A DNA stretch of 64,000 bases from Candidatus Hadarchaeum sp. (GTDB lineage: Archaea > Hadarchaeota > Hadarchaeia > Hadarchaeales > Hadarchaeaceae), in assembly GCF_049969415.1 (NCBI RefSeq), contig NZ_JBMFOX010000001.1, positions 2,405 to 66,404 of the forward strand. The letters are read 5' to 3'. Shown piece after piece: positions 7,938 through 16,878 of the stretch (the stretch's first letter is position 1; every line of letters starts with the position of its first letter). The notes below the pieces were generated by a model, which worked only from the letters and a program-made list of their open reading frames with translations, was not told the origin of the DNA and did not search any database. The position numbers were made by a program, and so were the translations under genes.

Positions 7938-9842
7938 CTAGGCCGCCACCTTGACGCTGGACAGTCCAGCTATGTTCTGGACCGTGATCACATTCGGGAC
8001 CCCTTCCACGTTCACCAGCCTGCCGGGGGTGATGATGATGTACTGCGCCTCCTCGTCCTTCATCGAGTTGAGGATTTCGGTCATCATCTGCTCGCGGTTT
8101 CTCGGGTCCATGTGCATCTCGAACTCGTCGATCGCCCGGATCGGTGACTTGATCCGCTGCTGCAGCGCCAGCAGGAAGCACATGATCGCCGTGGTGCGCT
8201 CGCCGCCGCTCTGCGTGTGCGGGTCCAGCACCTGGGGCTCGGCCCCCCTGAAGCCGACGAGCAGCTGCAGCCCCGCCTCGTCGATGTCGTCGGGATTTTC
8301 CAGCCTGACGTCGCCCGTGGCGTTGACCCGCTTCAGGATCTCCTGATACCTCACCCTGACCTCGCGGAGCAGCTTGTTGATTTCACCCTTCCACTTCTGC
8401 CGGCGCAGGTCCAGCTCCTCCAGCGCCCGCCTGCGGTTGGCCGCAGCGACCTCGGCCTTCGCCTGCAGCTCCTTCAGCGTGTTCTGGTAGCTGAGGTACA
8501 TCCGCTCGACATCGGGGGAGACGTCGGCGAGGCTGGCCAGCTGGATGGTGGTCGCCTTCAGCTCGTCCGTGACCTCCTGTGGCTTCCTCTTGGTCTCGAC
8601 CCTTGGCCCGATCTTGCTGGCCTCGGCTTCGGCCTCTTCGAGCTCCCGCCTCGCCTTTCTCAGCTCCGACCTAACCTCGGAGATCTCCTTCTCCAGCAGC
8701 TCGCGCTTGAGTTCGAGCACCGCCCCCCTGACCCGAGCGTTGATGTAGGATTCCTTCGCCCGCTCGCTCTCCTTCTTGACCGCGACCAGCCTAGACCGGG
8801 TCTCCTTCGTCCGCTCCAGGGCCTCCATCGCCGCCCGGTGGGCCCGCGTTAAATCCGACTCAAAACCGGCTAGGATTTCCCGGAACTCATCCCTGACCTT
8901 CTGAAAGCTCTTGCCCAGGCTCTCGAGAATCTTGCCGCGCGCCTCGGCCTCGGCATGCGCCCGCTCCTGCTCGATGAGCCGCTGGTAGGTGGCATCTATC
9001 TCGAAATCAAGCTCCTGCAGCCTCTTCTCCCAGTTCTGCTCCTCCCGATGGCTCCGAAGCCGGTCATCGGCAACCTCCTTCAGCTCACCCTCCAGCTCGT
9101 TCAGCCTCTGCTCCAGGCTGCTCACCGACTCCATCTGTCGGAAGAACTTCGACCAGGCCAGCTCGATCTCAAGCTCGCGCTTCCTTGACCCCAGCTCCTG
9201 CTTTTTCCGGAAGCGCTGGTATTCGCCCTCCCAGTAGCGCAGCGTCTCCTGGGCCTTCTCCAGCAGGCTCTTTATCGCCTCCTCCTCGCTGAGGCTGTGG
9301 GAAAGTTTCTCCCGCGCCTCCAAGATCATGTCCCGGTACTCCTTCAGCCCGACGACCTCCTCCACCACCTTCAGCCTCTCCTTGGCGTCGATGGCCCCGA
9401 AGACATCGATCATGCTCTGGTGCATGATGATGAGCATGTTGTCCGGGTTTATTGACAGCCGGCGCAGCAGGTGCATGACCTCGCCCTTGGTCGAGGCCCG
9501 GGAGTTAATCTCATGCCAGTAGTTCCCGTCCCGGCTCAGATATCGGGAGAGGACGATGGTGTCGGAGTTTATGCTCGCAATCGGCCTTTTCCCGTCCCGC
9601 GGCGAGTTGTCAAAAACAACGCTGACGCGGCCCAGATCCTTGCCCCTCCGGATAAGATCGCTGAGGCGGCGCGAGCGCTCGGTGTAGGTCTGCCCCAGCG
9701 CCACCGCCAGCCCGAGAAGTATCGAGGACTTCCCCGCGCCGTTGGGCCCGACGATGATGTTGAGCCCCGACTTGAGCGGGACCCTCGAGTACTCGTGGGA
9801 CATGAAGTTCTCAAGTATGATCTCCCGGATCAGGGCCGCCAT
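7938..9842 (-). CDS. SMC-like ABC ATPase, hingeless, 634 aa
   Basis: N-terminal Walker A VGPNGAGKSS; C-terminal signature QSGGERT; Walker B/D-loop IRAIDEFEMHMD. About 350 aa of heptad-rich charged central sequence with no Gly-rich hinge and no CxxC hook. Confidence 0.8.
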   Translation of the reverse strand: MAALIREIILENFMSHEYSRVPLKSGLNIIVGPNGAGKSSILLGLAVALGQTYTERSRRLSDLIRRGKDLGRVSVVFDNSPRDGKRPIASINSDTIVLSRYLSRDGNYWHEINSRASTKGEVMHLLRRLSINPDNMLIIMHQSMIDVFGAIDAKERLKVVEEVVGLKEYRDMILEAREKLSHSLSEEEAIKSLLEKAQETLRYWEGEYQRFRKKQELGSRKRELEIELAWSKFFRQMESVSSLEQRLNELEGELKEVADDRLRSHREEQNWEKRLQELDFEIDATYQRLIEQERAHAEAEARGKILESLGKSFQKVRDEFREILAGFESDLTRAHRAAMEALERTKETRSRLVAVKKESERAKESYINARVRGAVLELKRELLEKEISEVRSELRKARRELEEAEAEASKIGPRVETKRKPQEVTDELKATTIQLASLADVSPDVERMYLSYQNTLKELQAKAEVAAANRRRALEELDLRRQKWKGEINKLLREVRVRYQEILKRVNATGDVRLENPDDIDEAGLQLLVGFRGAEPQVLDPHTQSGGERTTAIMCFLLALQQRIKSPIRAIDEFEMHMDPRNREQMMTEILNSMKDEEAQYIIITPGRLVNVEGVPNVITVQNIAGLSSVKVAA

Positions 9843-9913
9843 GGAAATCAGTTAAAACTTGGCAGTTCCTATATAAGACAACGTCTGCGTTTAAATCTTG
9901 GGGGGCAACGGCC

Positions 9914-10618
9914 ATGGTCCTGGTGGCAAAGATCTTCGAGCTGAAGGAGCCGGTTGAGCTGGCCCTCGTCGCGCGCAAGCTCAGGTCCTTCCGTGAGGAG
10001 GAGCCCTACGGTTCGGGCAAGGAGACCAAGAAGCTGACCACCGAGATCCTCGAGCCCAAGCTTGAGGGCGACTCCTTCTCCGCGATCTTCAGCAAGGACT
10101 TCGTCATCAGCCGCTACTACAAGCGGGGCCTGGTCGAAACGGTGGTGACCGAGGAGGTCCCCTTCTGGATCAAGAGGTACAAGGGGCGTCTCTTCCTGAT
10201 CGTGCTCGCGCCCTCGAAGGCCCGGGGGGTGAAGAAGCTGCTGACGAACTACGTGGCCAACCGACTGAGCGACATCATCTTCATTAAAACGGGTGCCATC
10301 GTCGAGACCAAGATCACCCACGAGACGCTGAAGGAGCTCCACGAATCCAACCCGCATGCGACGAAGCTGATCTGGTTCGACAACGTGGACATCCCGGGCG
10401 TGGGCAAGCTGGCCTTGGCGGGATCGGGTCTGGCGGACACCAATCTCTACCGCGAATATCTGGAGCACGGAAAGCTGTGGTATGTGGTCTGGGAGGTGGC
10501 CAAGCGGGGCCTGGTCGTGGGAGTCACCAGAAACGTTGTGGTCACCCTCTTCAGCAGGTCCACGGTCCAGGAGTTCATCGACTTCATCATGGCCGAGATA
10601 CTCCCCATCATCGAGTGA
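9914..10618 (+). CDS. Hypothetical protein, 234 aa, divergent from the SMC-like operon
   Basis: Clean ORF with coding-like composition. No motif recognised. Confidence 0.45.
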   Translation: MVLVAKIFELKEPVELALVARKLRSFREEEPYGSGKETKKLTTEILEPKLEGDSFSAIFSKDFVISRYYKRGLVETVVTEEVPFWIKRYKGRLFLIVLAPSKARGVKKLLTNYVANRLSDIIFIKTGAIVETKITHETLKELHESNPHATKLIWFDNVDIPGVGKLALAGSGLADTNLYREYLEHGKLWYVVWEVAKRGLVVGVTRNVVVTLFSRSTVQEFIDFIMAEILPIIE

Positions 10619-10621
10619 AAA

Positions 10622-11251
10622 CTATCGGCTCTTCGGCCGCGTGAAGCTGCGACAGTATTTTCCCAGAGGGCAGCTGACGCATTTCCTCCGCTTGCAGTAT
10701 TCCAGATGGATCCTGATCAAGGCCGATTCAAACCGCTGGACCTGGTAACGGGTAAGCGCCAGGCTCTCGCCCAGCCGCAGGGCCACCGGAGATGGGCTGG
10801 GCTTCGCCTTGGGCCAGATTCCACGCAGCTCCCGCAGGAAGATGTTGCAGGCAACCGGGCCCACCCCCTTCAGCTCCTGAAGCCTCCGCTCCAGATCTCG
10901 CGCATTCTCGGCAGTCTGGTGCAGGCGTTCGAGGCCGCCCCGAGATTGGATTCTGCCCACGGTGTCGAGAATCGTCGAGGCCGTGGAAAAGTCGTAACGC
11001 ACATAACCCGCCGCGTCCAGCACCTCAACCAGCCTGTCCCAGCCCGCGGCCAGAATCGCCTCCGGAGTCACCAGACCCTCGGCCTCAAACATTTGATAGG
11101 TCTTCTTGGCCACGTTTGCGGAAATCCTTTTGGCGAAGAGCAGCGAGGCCAGAAACCACTTGAAACGGTCCTCCGGTTTCCTGAGGTCCAGACCCAGCTC
11201 GCGCGAATAGCTCGGAATCTTGGACAACACCTGAAGGCCGCCGGACATCAT
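10622..11251 (-). CDS. HhH-GPD superfamily base-excision repair protein (endonuclease III-like, with a C-terminal Cys cluster)
   Basis: Helix-hairpin-helix LQELKGVGPVACNIFLREL and C-terminal C-x4-C-x2-C-x5-C. The catalytic Asp is not evident. Confidence 0.55.
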   Translation of the reverse strand: MMSGGLQVLSKIPSYSRELGLDLRKPEDRFKWFLASLLFAKRISANVAKKTYQMFEAEGLVTPEAILAAGWDRLVEVLDAAGYVRYDFSTASTILDTVGRIQSRGGLERLHQTAENARDLERRLQELKGVGPVACNIFLRELRGIWPKAKPSPSPVALRLGESLALTRYQVQRFESALIRIHLEYCKRRKCVSCPLGKYCRSFTRPKSR

Positions 11252-11311
11252 TAATTTATTATCTGAGGGGATTATTAACCGATCTCTCGCGCGGCCCAGA
11301 CCTTCTCGAAA

Positions 11312-11590
11312 TCAGTCCCGTTGGGATGTTTTTCGTTGCTTCCTCAGATAGTCGTATATCTTTGATTCGGCCTCGCACAACCGGTAAACGCACTTTTCAA
11401 TGCGTTCATAATCGTGGTCAAGTTCGTTGATGTGATCGTCTAGCCTCTTGATGATACGGTTTACCGCCTCGGTATTTCTCTCCAGCCTGTGGAAATGGAC
11501 CAGGACCAACGCGATCACCAAAATTTCCACCGCCAAGACCACGACTTCAACGATAAACGTGAGGTCCATCGTGTCCCACAAAAAAATCAA
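11312..11590 (-). CDS. Small membrane protein, hypothetical
   Basis: N-terminal TM helix (LTFIVEVVVLAVEILVIALVLV), then a charged coiled region. Confidence 0.4.
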   Translation of the reverse strand: MIFLWDTMDLTFIVEVVVLAVEILVIALVLVHFHRLERNTEAVNRIIKRLDDHINELDHDYERIEKCVYRLCEAESKIYDYLRKQRKTSQRD

Positions 11591-11768
11591 TTTTTTAACT
11601 TATATGTCTTCAGCGGTTTCCAAATGTGGTTTCAAACTCCAAGACGCCGCTCCTCCAACAGCTGACCCCGGGAAAACTGCTGTGGCCAAAAATGGGAAAA
11701 ATGAGATGCTATCTGACGAATAGGTCGAAAATTTCTAACCGTCCAAGTTATAAACGTGCCGAAGAACA

Positions 11769-12176
11769 TTGATTGGGATTGAAACGAAAGACTCATCCGC
11801 GCTATCAAAAATAAAAATCTACCCTGAAGCTCCTGCGTTACCCTTCGATGTCATCGGGCCCGTCCAAGCTAGGGTCCACGCCGCCACAGCCCTCTCACCG
11901 GAACCAACGCTGGACGAAGTGAACCAGAAGCTGAGGGAGAAGGCCCTGAAGATGGGGGCGAACGCCGTAATCAATGTGGAATACAAGCGACAGAAGCTCA
12001 CGCTGACGGCCTGGAAGGTCCTCACCGCCAAGGGTCAAGCGGTAATCATCAAGGAGGGTGAAAAGAAGCCCGAGGCGGCGCTGATCCTCGCCATTTGTCC
12101 CGAGTGCCACGAAAGGATTCCGCTGGACTCTAAATTCTGCCCGGAATGCGGGACCCGCCTGAAGCCCAAGAAATAG
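11769..12176 (+). CDS. YbjQ/UPF0145-like domain protein with a C-terminal zinc ribbon
   Basis: LREKALKMGANAVINVEYK...TAKGQAVII resembles the YbjQ core. C-terminal CPECHERIPLDSKFCPECGTRLKP. Confidence 0.55.
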   Translation: MIGIETKDSSALSKIKIYPEAPALPFDVIGPVQARVHAATALSPEPTLDEVNQKLREKALKMGANAVINVEYKRQKLTLTAWKVLTAKGQAVIIKEGEKKPEAALILAICPECHERIPLDSKFCPECGTRLKPKK

Positions 12177-12243
12177 CCGAGGGGAAACCCGCCTTGCCAA
12201 AATTTTATACCGCCGCAGGTGCCTTATAAAAAAGGAGATTTTA

Positions 12244-13821
12244 ATGAAAAAAGTACTGGTCACCTTAATCTGTTTAACGCTCATCGCCGTGCTGGTGGGA
12301 TCGACGGCGCCTCCCGTGGCGGCCGCCGAAGAGGGCCTGTCGCTCACCGCTGAGTACACGCTGCGGTACCAAATCCAGCTGCCTTACCAAGGAACCTACT
12401 ATCCGGGCAGGACTTCCATCCGCGTGGAAATATACGACATCCCGATATCCTCCGACCGTCAGAAGGTCCAGGCGACGCTGGATCAGGGCAGCATCCAGAC
12501 CATCAACGGCAGGGACGTCTGGGTCATCGAGACGACAACCATTTATACCAACAACATCTTCACCGGCACCTTCGTGGTCACCGTGGATCTGACAAACACC
12601 GCCGCCGTGCCGCACCAGCCCCTGCCGACCGCGGTGGACGAGGAGGTGGCGCAATACCTCCAGCCCGACGAATACGTCACCGTTTCCGCCGAGGTGGCCA
12701 ACCAAGCGCTGCAGCTGGTGGGCGAGGCCGGCAACGATGTCCCGAAAATCATCGCCAAGTTCGTCGATTGGATCAAGAAAAATGTCACCTACGACGAGGC
12801 CAAGTGGGCGGCGAGGCTTTCCGGAGCCAAGATCTCCGACCTGACCGACAATGAAATGCTGATGGTTCGCTCCGGCGTCTGCACCGACTACGCCAACCTG
12901 TTCCTAGGCTTCTGCCGGGCTGTGGGCCTTCCGGCACGGAGTGTTTTGGGATATGGCTTGAGGAGTGAGGAAAAGGACCTCTACCAAGAGATCCAGAGCG
13001 CGACGAGCCACGCCTGGGTCGAGGTCTGGATTCCGAACTACGGATGGCTAACGGTGGACCCCACCTGGGGAGACATCGGCGACGTGCGCAAGATCATCAC
13101 TGCCAAGACCCGTGAAGAGGGCTGGCACTACTGGTACCAGGATGTTCCACCTGGCTCCGGGATAACGGCCTCGGGCGTCAAGTACAGCATCGTCCTCACC
13201 GGCTGGGAAGTCGTCAACAAGGTCACCCCGGTAGCGCTGGCGCTGGGTGAAGCGGGCAACGAGCTGAACTTCAACCTCACCAACATCTCGCCCATACCCT
13301 TCTTGGACAACGTCCTCATCAGAAGTTGCCTCTGGCAGGACGGGACTTGGTCGGAATGGTCTGATGTCTCCAGTGAGATAATATTTCTCAACCCCCAGGA
13401 AACCTACACCTACCGCGCTGCCAAGGAGAGCGGCGTAGGCTACCACGTCTGGTCCAGGATGGCCGAGAACGGGCTGGTGAACTGGCAGTATCCCCAAACC
13501 ACTACCACCTACACCACCACGCCGCAGGAAACCACCCCAACCGGACCCTCGATTCCCACGGAGCTGACGGAGATGCTGCCCTTCGTCGTGGTGATAGTAA
13601 TCATGGCGATCTTGGGCGCGATAGCGTCGACCCGAAGAAGGAGAGCGCTACCTCGCCAGAAACCGACTGCAACTCCGGAGCCCGAACCAGAAGCTGCCAC
13701 CGCGCCGGAGCCGACACGGGCGCTGGCAATCTGCCCCAAATGCAACGCGCGGGTTCCCGCAGAGGCAAAGTTCTGCACCGAATGCGGCGCCGACCTGAAG
13801 CCGAGAAAGCGCAGGACCTGA
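12244..13821 (+). CDS. Transglutaminase-like cysteine protease domain protein. Signal peptide, extracellular domain, Thr-rich linker, TM helix, cytoplasmic zinc ribbon
   Basis: Cys/His/Asp triad context GVCTDYANLF...SHAWVEVW...GWLTVDPTWGD. C-terminal CPKCNARVPAEAKFCTECGADLKP. Confidence 0.7.
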   Translation: MKKVLVTLICLTLIAVLVGSTAPPVAAAEEGLSLTAEYTLRYQIQLPYQGTYYPGRTSIRVEIYDIPISSDRQKVQATLDQGSIQTINGRDVWVIETTTIYTNNIFTGTFVVTVDLTNTAAVPHQPLPTAVDEEVAQYLQPDEYVTVSAEVANQALQLVGEAGNDVPKIIAKFVDWIKKNVTYDEAKWAARLSGAKISDLTDNEMLMVRSGVCTDYANLFLGFCRAVGLPARSVLGYGLRSEEKDLYQEIQSATSHAWVEVWIPNYGWLTVDPTWGDIGDVRKIITAKTREEGWHYWYQDVPPGSGITASGVKYSIVLTGWEVVNKVTPVALALGEAGNELNFNLTNISPIPFLDNVLIRSCLWQDGTWSEWSDVSSEIIFLNPQETYTYRAAKESGVGYHVWSRMAENGLVNWQYPQTTTTYTTTPQETTPTGPSIPTELTEMLPFVVVIVIMAILGAIASTRRRRALPRQKPTATPEPEPEAATAPEPTRALAICPKCNARVPAEAKFCTECGADLKPRKRRT

Positions 13822-13836
13822 GACGATCCCGGCCGC

Positions 13837-15780
13837 CTATGGATTCCCCTGGCTTATCAGAGAAAACGACAAAGAGGTTCCGCTTACGTAGGATTGCTCG
13901 CAACCGATCGTGTTTCCGCCCAAGGTCGCCGTAAAGTTCCATGTGGACGTGCTACCGGTCTCTTCCACGTAGTATGAATAGGTGCCCTTGAGCGTGTTCC
14001 CATAAATTCTCCCGGAAACTGTCCCAGAACAGGAGGTGTAACCCGCAACTTCACCTGATGAATCCCAGCGCAGCTGAACGCCAGTTATGCTCACGGTTCC
14101 GGAGAAATAGCCGTCGCTGACGGACTTGATATCCCAAGTTAGCTCTCCGCCGTCATTGTAGCTCCACGGCGTGCGAGGATTTTTTCCGACCGAGGTGTAG
14201 GTCCCCGACCATGTCCCGGAGATATCGGGTGTCGGTGCATCCCTTGGGAAGAGCTCGTTGGCCTTGGCCAGCGCAGCCGCCAGCGTGGGCTTGGTCCGAT
14301 AGGTGCCGATAACCGGGGCCGCCTCGAGGATGGCTTTCTTGATTTCCCAGCTTGACAGGTCCGGACGCTCCCCGGCCAACGCCGTGGCCAGGCAGGTGAA
14401 CTGCGGAGCGGCGAAAGAGGTGCCGTTCAGGCCTGCGGGCATCTGGGCATAGATTATATCGTCCGGGTTCTCGCTGGTGTTAAAGGCCCGGATGCGCTCG
14501 TTATTGCCGTCCAAGCCACCAGCGATAATCACGTGGTCCCAAGCGTTGGGGTATTTTTCCCTCAAATCGGCCAGCTGCCCCGTGAGGTCGACGCCCATGT
14601 TCCCGGCCGCGATGGATATTAGAATGTGATCGAGGTAGGGCTGGCCCATGACCTCCATCCCGTGGAGGATTCCCGCGAGGAACTGGTACTCCCCCGTTTG
14701 GATCTTCGTGACGTCAGCGCTCTCGACGCCGTGCCGGTCGCTGCCATCAGCGAGGCCGTCCCTGTAACCCAAAGAAAGGTTAATCGCTGTCACCCGGTCG
14801 GCGTCCTTGGCGTTGATCATGGTCAAGGCGATTGCGGGAACGATGGAACCTCCATTGATGTACCCCTTTTCCGTGCCGTTGGGCTGGTAATAAACGTCGA
14901 CCTCGGACTTGGCCGTGGCCGATGACGTGCAGCCGCTGGCGATATCGGAAACGTTGGTGCCGTGGTGGGTGGAACCGTCGTTGGACCAAGCATCGATGAT
15001 TACTTGGTTGCTGTCGAGGGCACCCGAATCGTAGGCATCCCAAAACCAGCCACTGGTCTGCTCGGCATCCACATAAGTTATTCCTTTCTGGGCCAAGTCG
15101 ATCGGTGTGCAGGGGAAAGCATCATCCACCCAAGATTCATCCCACAGGTTGCTGATGAAGCCGGCTTCTTCCCCCGTGGTAACGCGTGCCCAATAGTAGC
15201 CGCAGACGGGCACTCCGAGGACCAGCTCCCCGCCGAGGTATTCTACCCCGGCCACCACCGTCGCATTCTTGGTGCCCTTTTTCGTCAAAATGACGACCAG
15301 GCCGGAGTAGGCCTCCACGCCGGTGATGGTAGTCCCGTCCTTGGCGACATAGGAGATCTCGGTGACCACCGGATAACCGCCGCCATAGGGGATTACTCCG
15401 TCAACCCTGTCGTCGAACGGGCGCGTCGATATGGCGGTTGTGGTAGTTGGGCTCGTCGTTTGCGCGGTCGTTGTCGTGTTTGTGCTGCTCGTCGTCGGTG
15501 GTGGAATTTGCCCCTCCATCGAAGCCAATGCTGCCGTGGCCACCATGGCCACAATCAATATCAAAAGAATCGTGTACGGCAAAGGTCTACTTTTCGCCTT
15601 TGGTCTCCCGGTCGACGTCTGGCGTGCCACCGGGGCCTCCGATCGGCTTTCGAACTTCGGACCCGTCAAACCTGAAGGTGGTGTTCTAAACGACGGTCCG
15701 ACGAAAATCTTGGCACCGCACTCCGGGCAGAACTTTGCTCCGCTGTCAACTCTAGCGCCACACTCACGACAATACGACAA
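13837..15780 (-). CDS. S8 (subtilisin-family) serine peptidase. N-terminal zinc ribbon, TM anchor, Thr-rich linker, protease domain
   Basis: HGTNVSDIASG (His) and GTSFAAPQFTCLA (Ser) motifs. N-terminal YCRECGARVDSGAKFCPECGAKI. Confidence 0.8.
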   Translation of the reverse strand: MSYCRECGARVDSGAKFCPECGAKIFVGPSFRTPPSGLTGPKFESRSEAPVARQTSTGRPKAKSRPLPYTILLILIVAMVATAALASMEGQIPPPTTSSTNTTTTAQTTSPTTTTAISTRPFDDRVDGVIPYGGGYPVVTEISYVAKDGTTITGVEAYSGLVVILTKKGTKNATVVAGVEYLGGELVLGVPVCGYYWARVTTGEEAGFISNLWDESWVDDAFPCTPIDLAQKGITYVDAEQTSGWFWDAYDSGALDSNQVIIDAWSNDGSTHHGTNVSDIASGCTSSATAKSEVDVYYQPNGTEKGYINGGSIVPAIALTMINAKDADRVTAINLSLGYRDGLADGSDRHGVESADVTKIQTGEYQFLAGILHGMEVMGQPYLDHILISIAAGNMGVDLTGQLADLREKYPNAWDHVIIAGGLDGNNERIRAFNTSENPDDIIYAQMPAGLNGTSFAAPQFTCLATALAGERPDLSSWEIKKAILEAAPVIGTYRTKPTLAAALAKANELFPRDAPTPDISGTWSGTYTSVGKNPRTPWSYNDGGELTWDIKSVSDGYFSGTVSITGVQLRWDSSGEVAGYTSCSGTVSGRIYGNTLKGTYSYYVEETGSTSTWNFTATLGGNTIGCEQSYVSGTSLSFSLISQGNP

Positions 15781-15982
15781 ACAAAAAACCTCTGGATATA
15801 AATAGGCTGGCCACAGGTATAAGGACGACCCACCGTAAACAAAGAGGAAAGGTGTTTCAAGTTTTATGAAATTATCCCAAGCCAGGCTGAGTCCAGGTTA
15901 GTACTCAAACCGCCATAAACTTTTTGGCGAAATTTCCGGATGCCAATTTTAGCAACACTTCAAACTCAAATCTATTGATGTA

Positions 15983-16059
15983 TGGTGCGGCCGGCGGGAT
16001 TCGAACCCGCGTAGCAGGCTCGGGAAGCCTGAGTCTTAACCAAGCTGGACCACGGCCGC
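15983..16059 (-). tRNA. tRNA-Gly, anticodon CCC. 15983-15985 encode the 3' CCA
   Basis: Hand-folded cloverleaf: 7-bp acceptor GCGGCCG/CGGCCGC, anticodon stem CAGGC/GCCTG with loop TTCCCGA, T-arm GCGGG-TTCGAAT-CCCGC, discriminator A plus CCA. Confidence 0.8.
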
Positions 16060-16083
16060 CCAAGAAAACTATTGAATCCCCAA

Positions 16084-16878
16084 CTAAAGCCTTTCGCGCG
16101 CCAGCTCGGTGAGTTCGGTCTTGGTCAGCAGTCCGACCAGTTCACCGTCGAGGTTCAGAACCGGCAGGGCGGAAAACCGCTTCTCCAGCATGAGCTTCGC
16201 CGCCTCGGGGAGCCTGGTGTCGGTCCTGACCGTCGTCGGCGGCTGCGTCATGATGTCCCCCACCAGAAGGTTCCTGATGCGCTCGCTCTTGTACTTGTCC
16301 GGGACCACCTCCTGAAACGCCGCCAGCTTCATGGCCACGTCCCTCGTCGTCACAATCCCGACCAAGGCCCGGTTCTCCACCACAGGCAGGGCCAGTATCT
16401 CCTCCTCGAGAAGAAGCTTCCGCGCGTGGATCACCCTGTCGGCGGGCGAAACGGTGAGGGGGCTGGCCCGCATGACCTGCCCCACATAGACATCGTCGTA
16501 CTCCATGCAGACCTTGGCGAAATCCATCTTGGTCACGATGCCCACCAGCTTTCCCCCCTCGAGCACGGGCAGCCCGCTGATGTCATGGTCCAGCATCAGC
16601 TCGGCGGCCCTCTTCGCCGTGACATCCGGGGCCACGCTGATGGGATCGGGGGTCATGACGCTAGAGATGTGCAGCCGGCTGGGGGGCAGCCGGTAGGCGT
16701 GCAGCGATCCCAGTTCCCGGGCGATGTCCTTCTCGGTCAGCATCCCCACCACGCGGTCGCCCTCGACGGCAACGATCCTGGAGATCTGCGCCCGCCTCAT
16801 GCAATCGATGGCATCGGCCAGTGACCGGTCCTTGTCCAGGGCAATCACGGGTGAACTCATTATCTGGCTGGCCCTCAT
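16084..16878 (-). CDS. CBS-domain protein (about 4 CBS domains)
   Basis: Repeated CBS pattern (h-h-G-h-h-T..Dh). 4-nt overlap with the next gene. Confidence 0.8.
   Translation of the reverse strand: MRASQIMSSPVIALDKDRSLADAIDCMRRAQISRIVAVEGDRVVGMLTEKDIARELGSLHAYRLPPSRLHISSVMTPDPISVAPDVTAKRAAELMLDHDISGLPVLEGGKLVGIVTKMDFAKVCMEYDDVYVGQVMRASPLTVSPADRVIHARKLLLEEEILALPVVENRALVGIVTTRDVAMKLAAFQEVVPDKYKSERIRNLLVGDIMTQPPTTVRTDTRLPEAAKLMLEKRFSALPVLNLDGELVGLLTKTELTELARERL

Noticed and set aside
7059-8147. 362-aa plus-strand ORF
   Set aside because: Antisense to the ScpA-like and SMC-like genes; Leu/Pro/Gln-rich with no motifs
16072-16824. 250-aa plus-strand ORF over the first CBS gene
   Set aside because: Antisense shadow; His/Arg/Pro-rich low complexity
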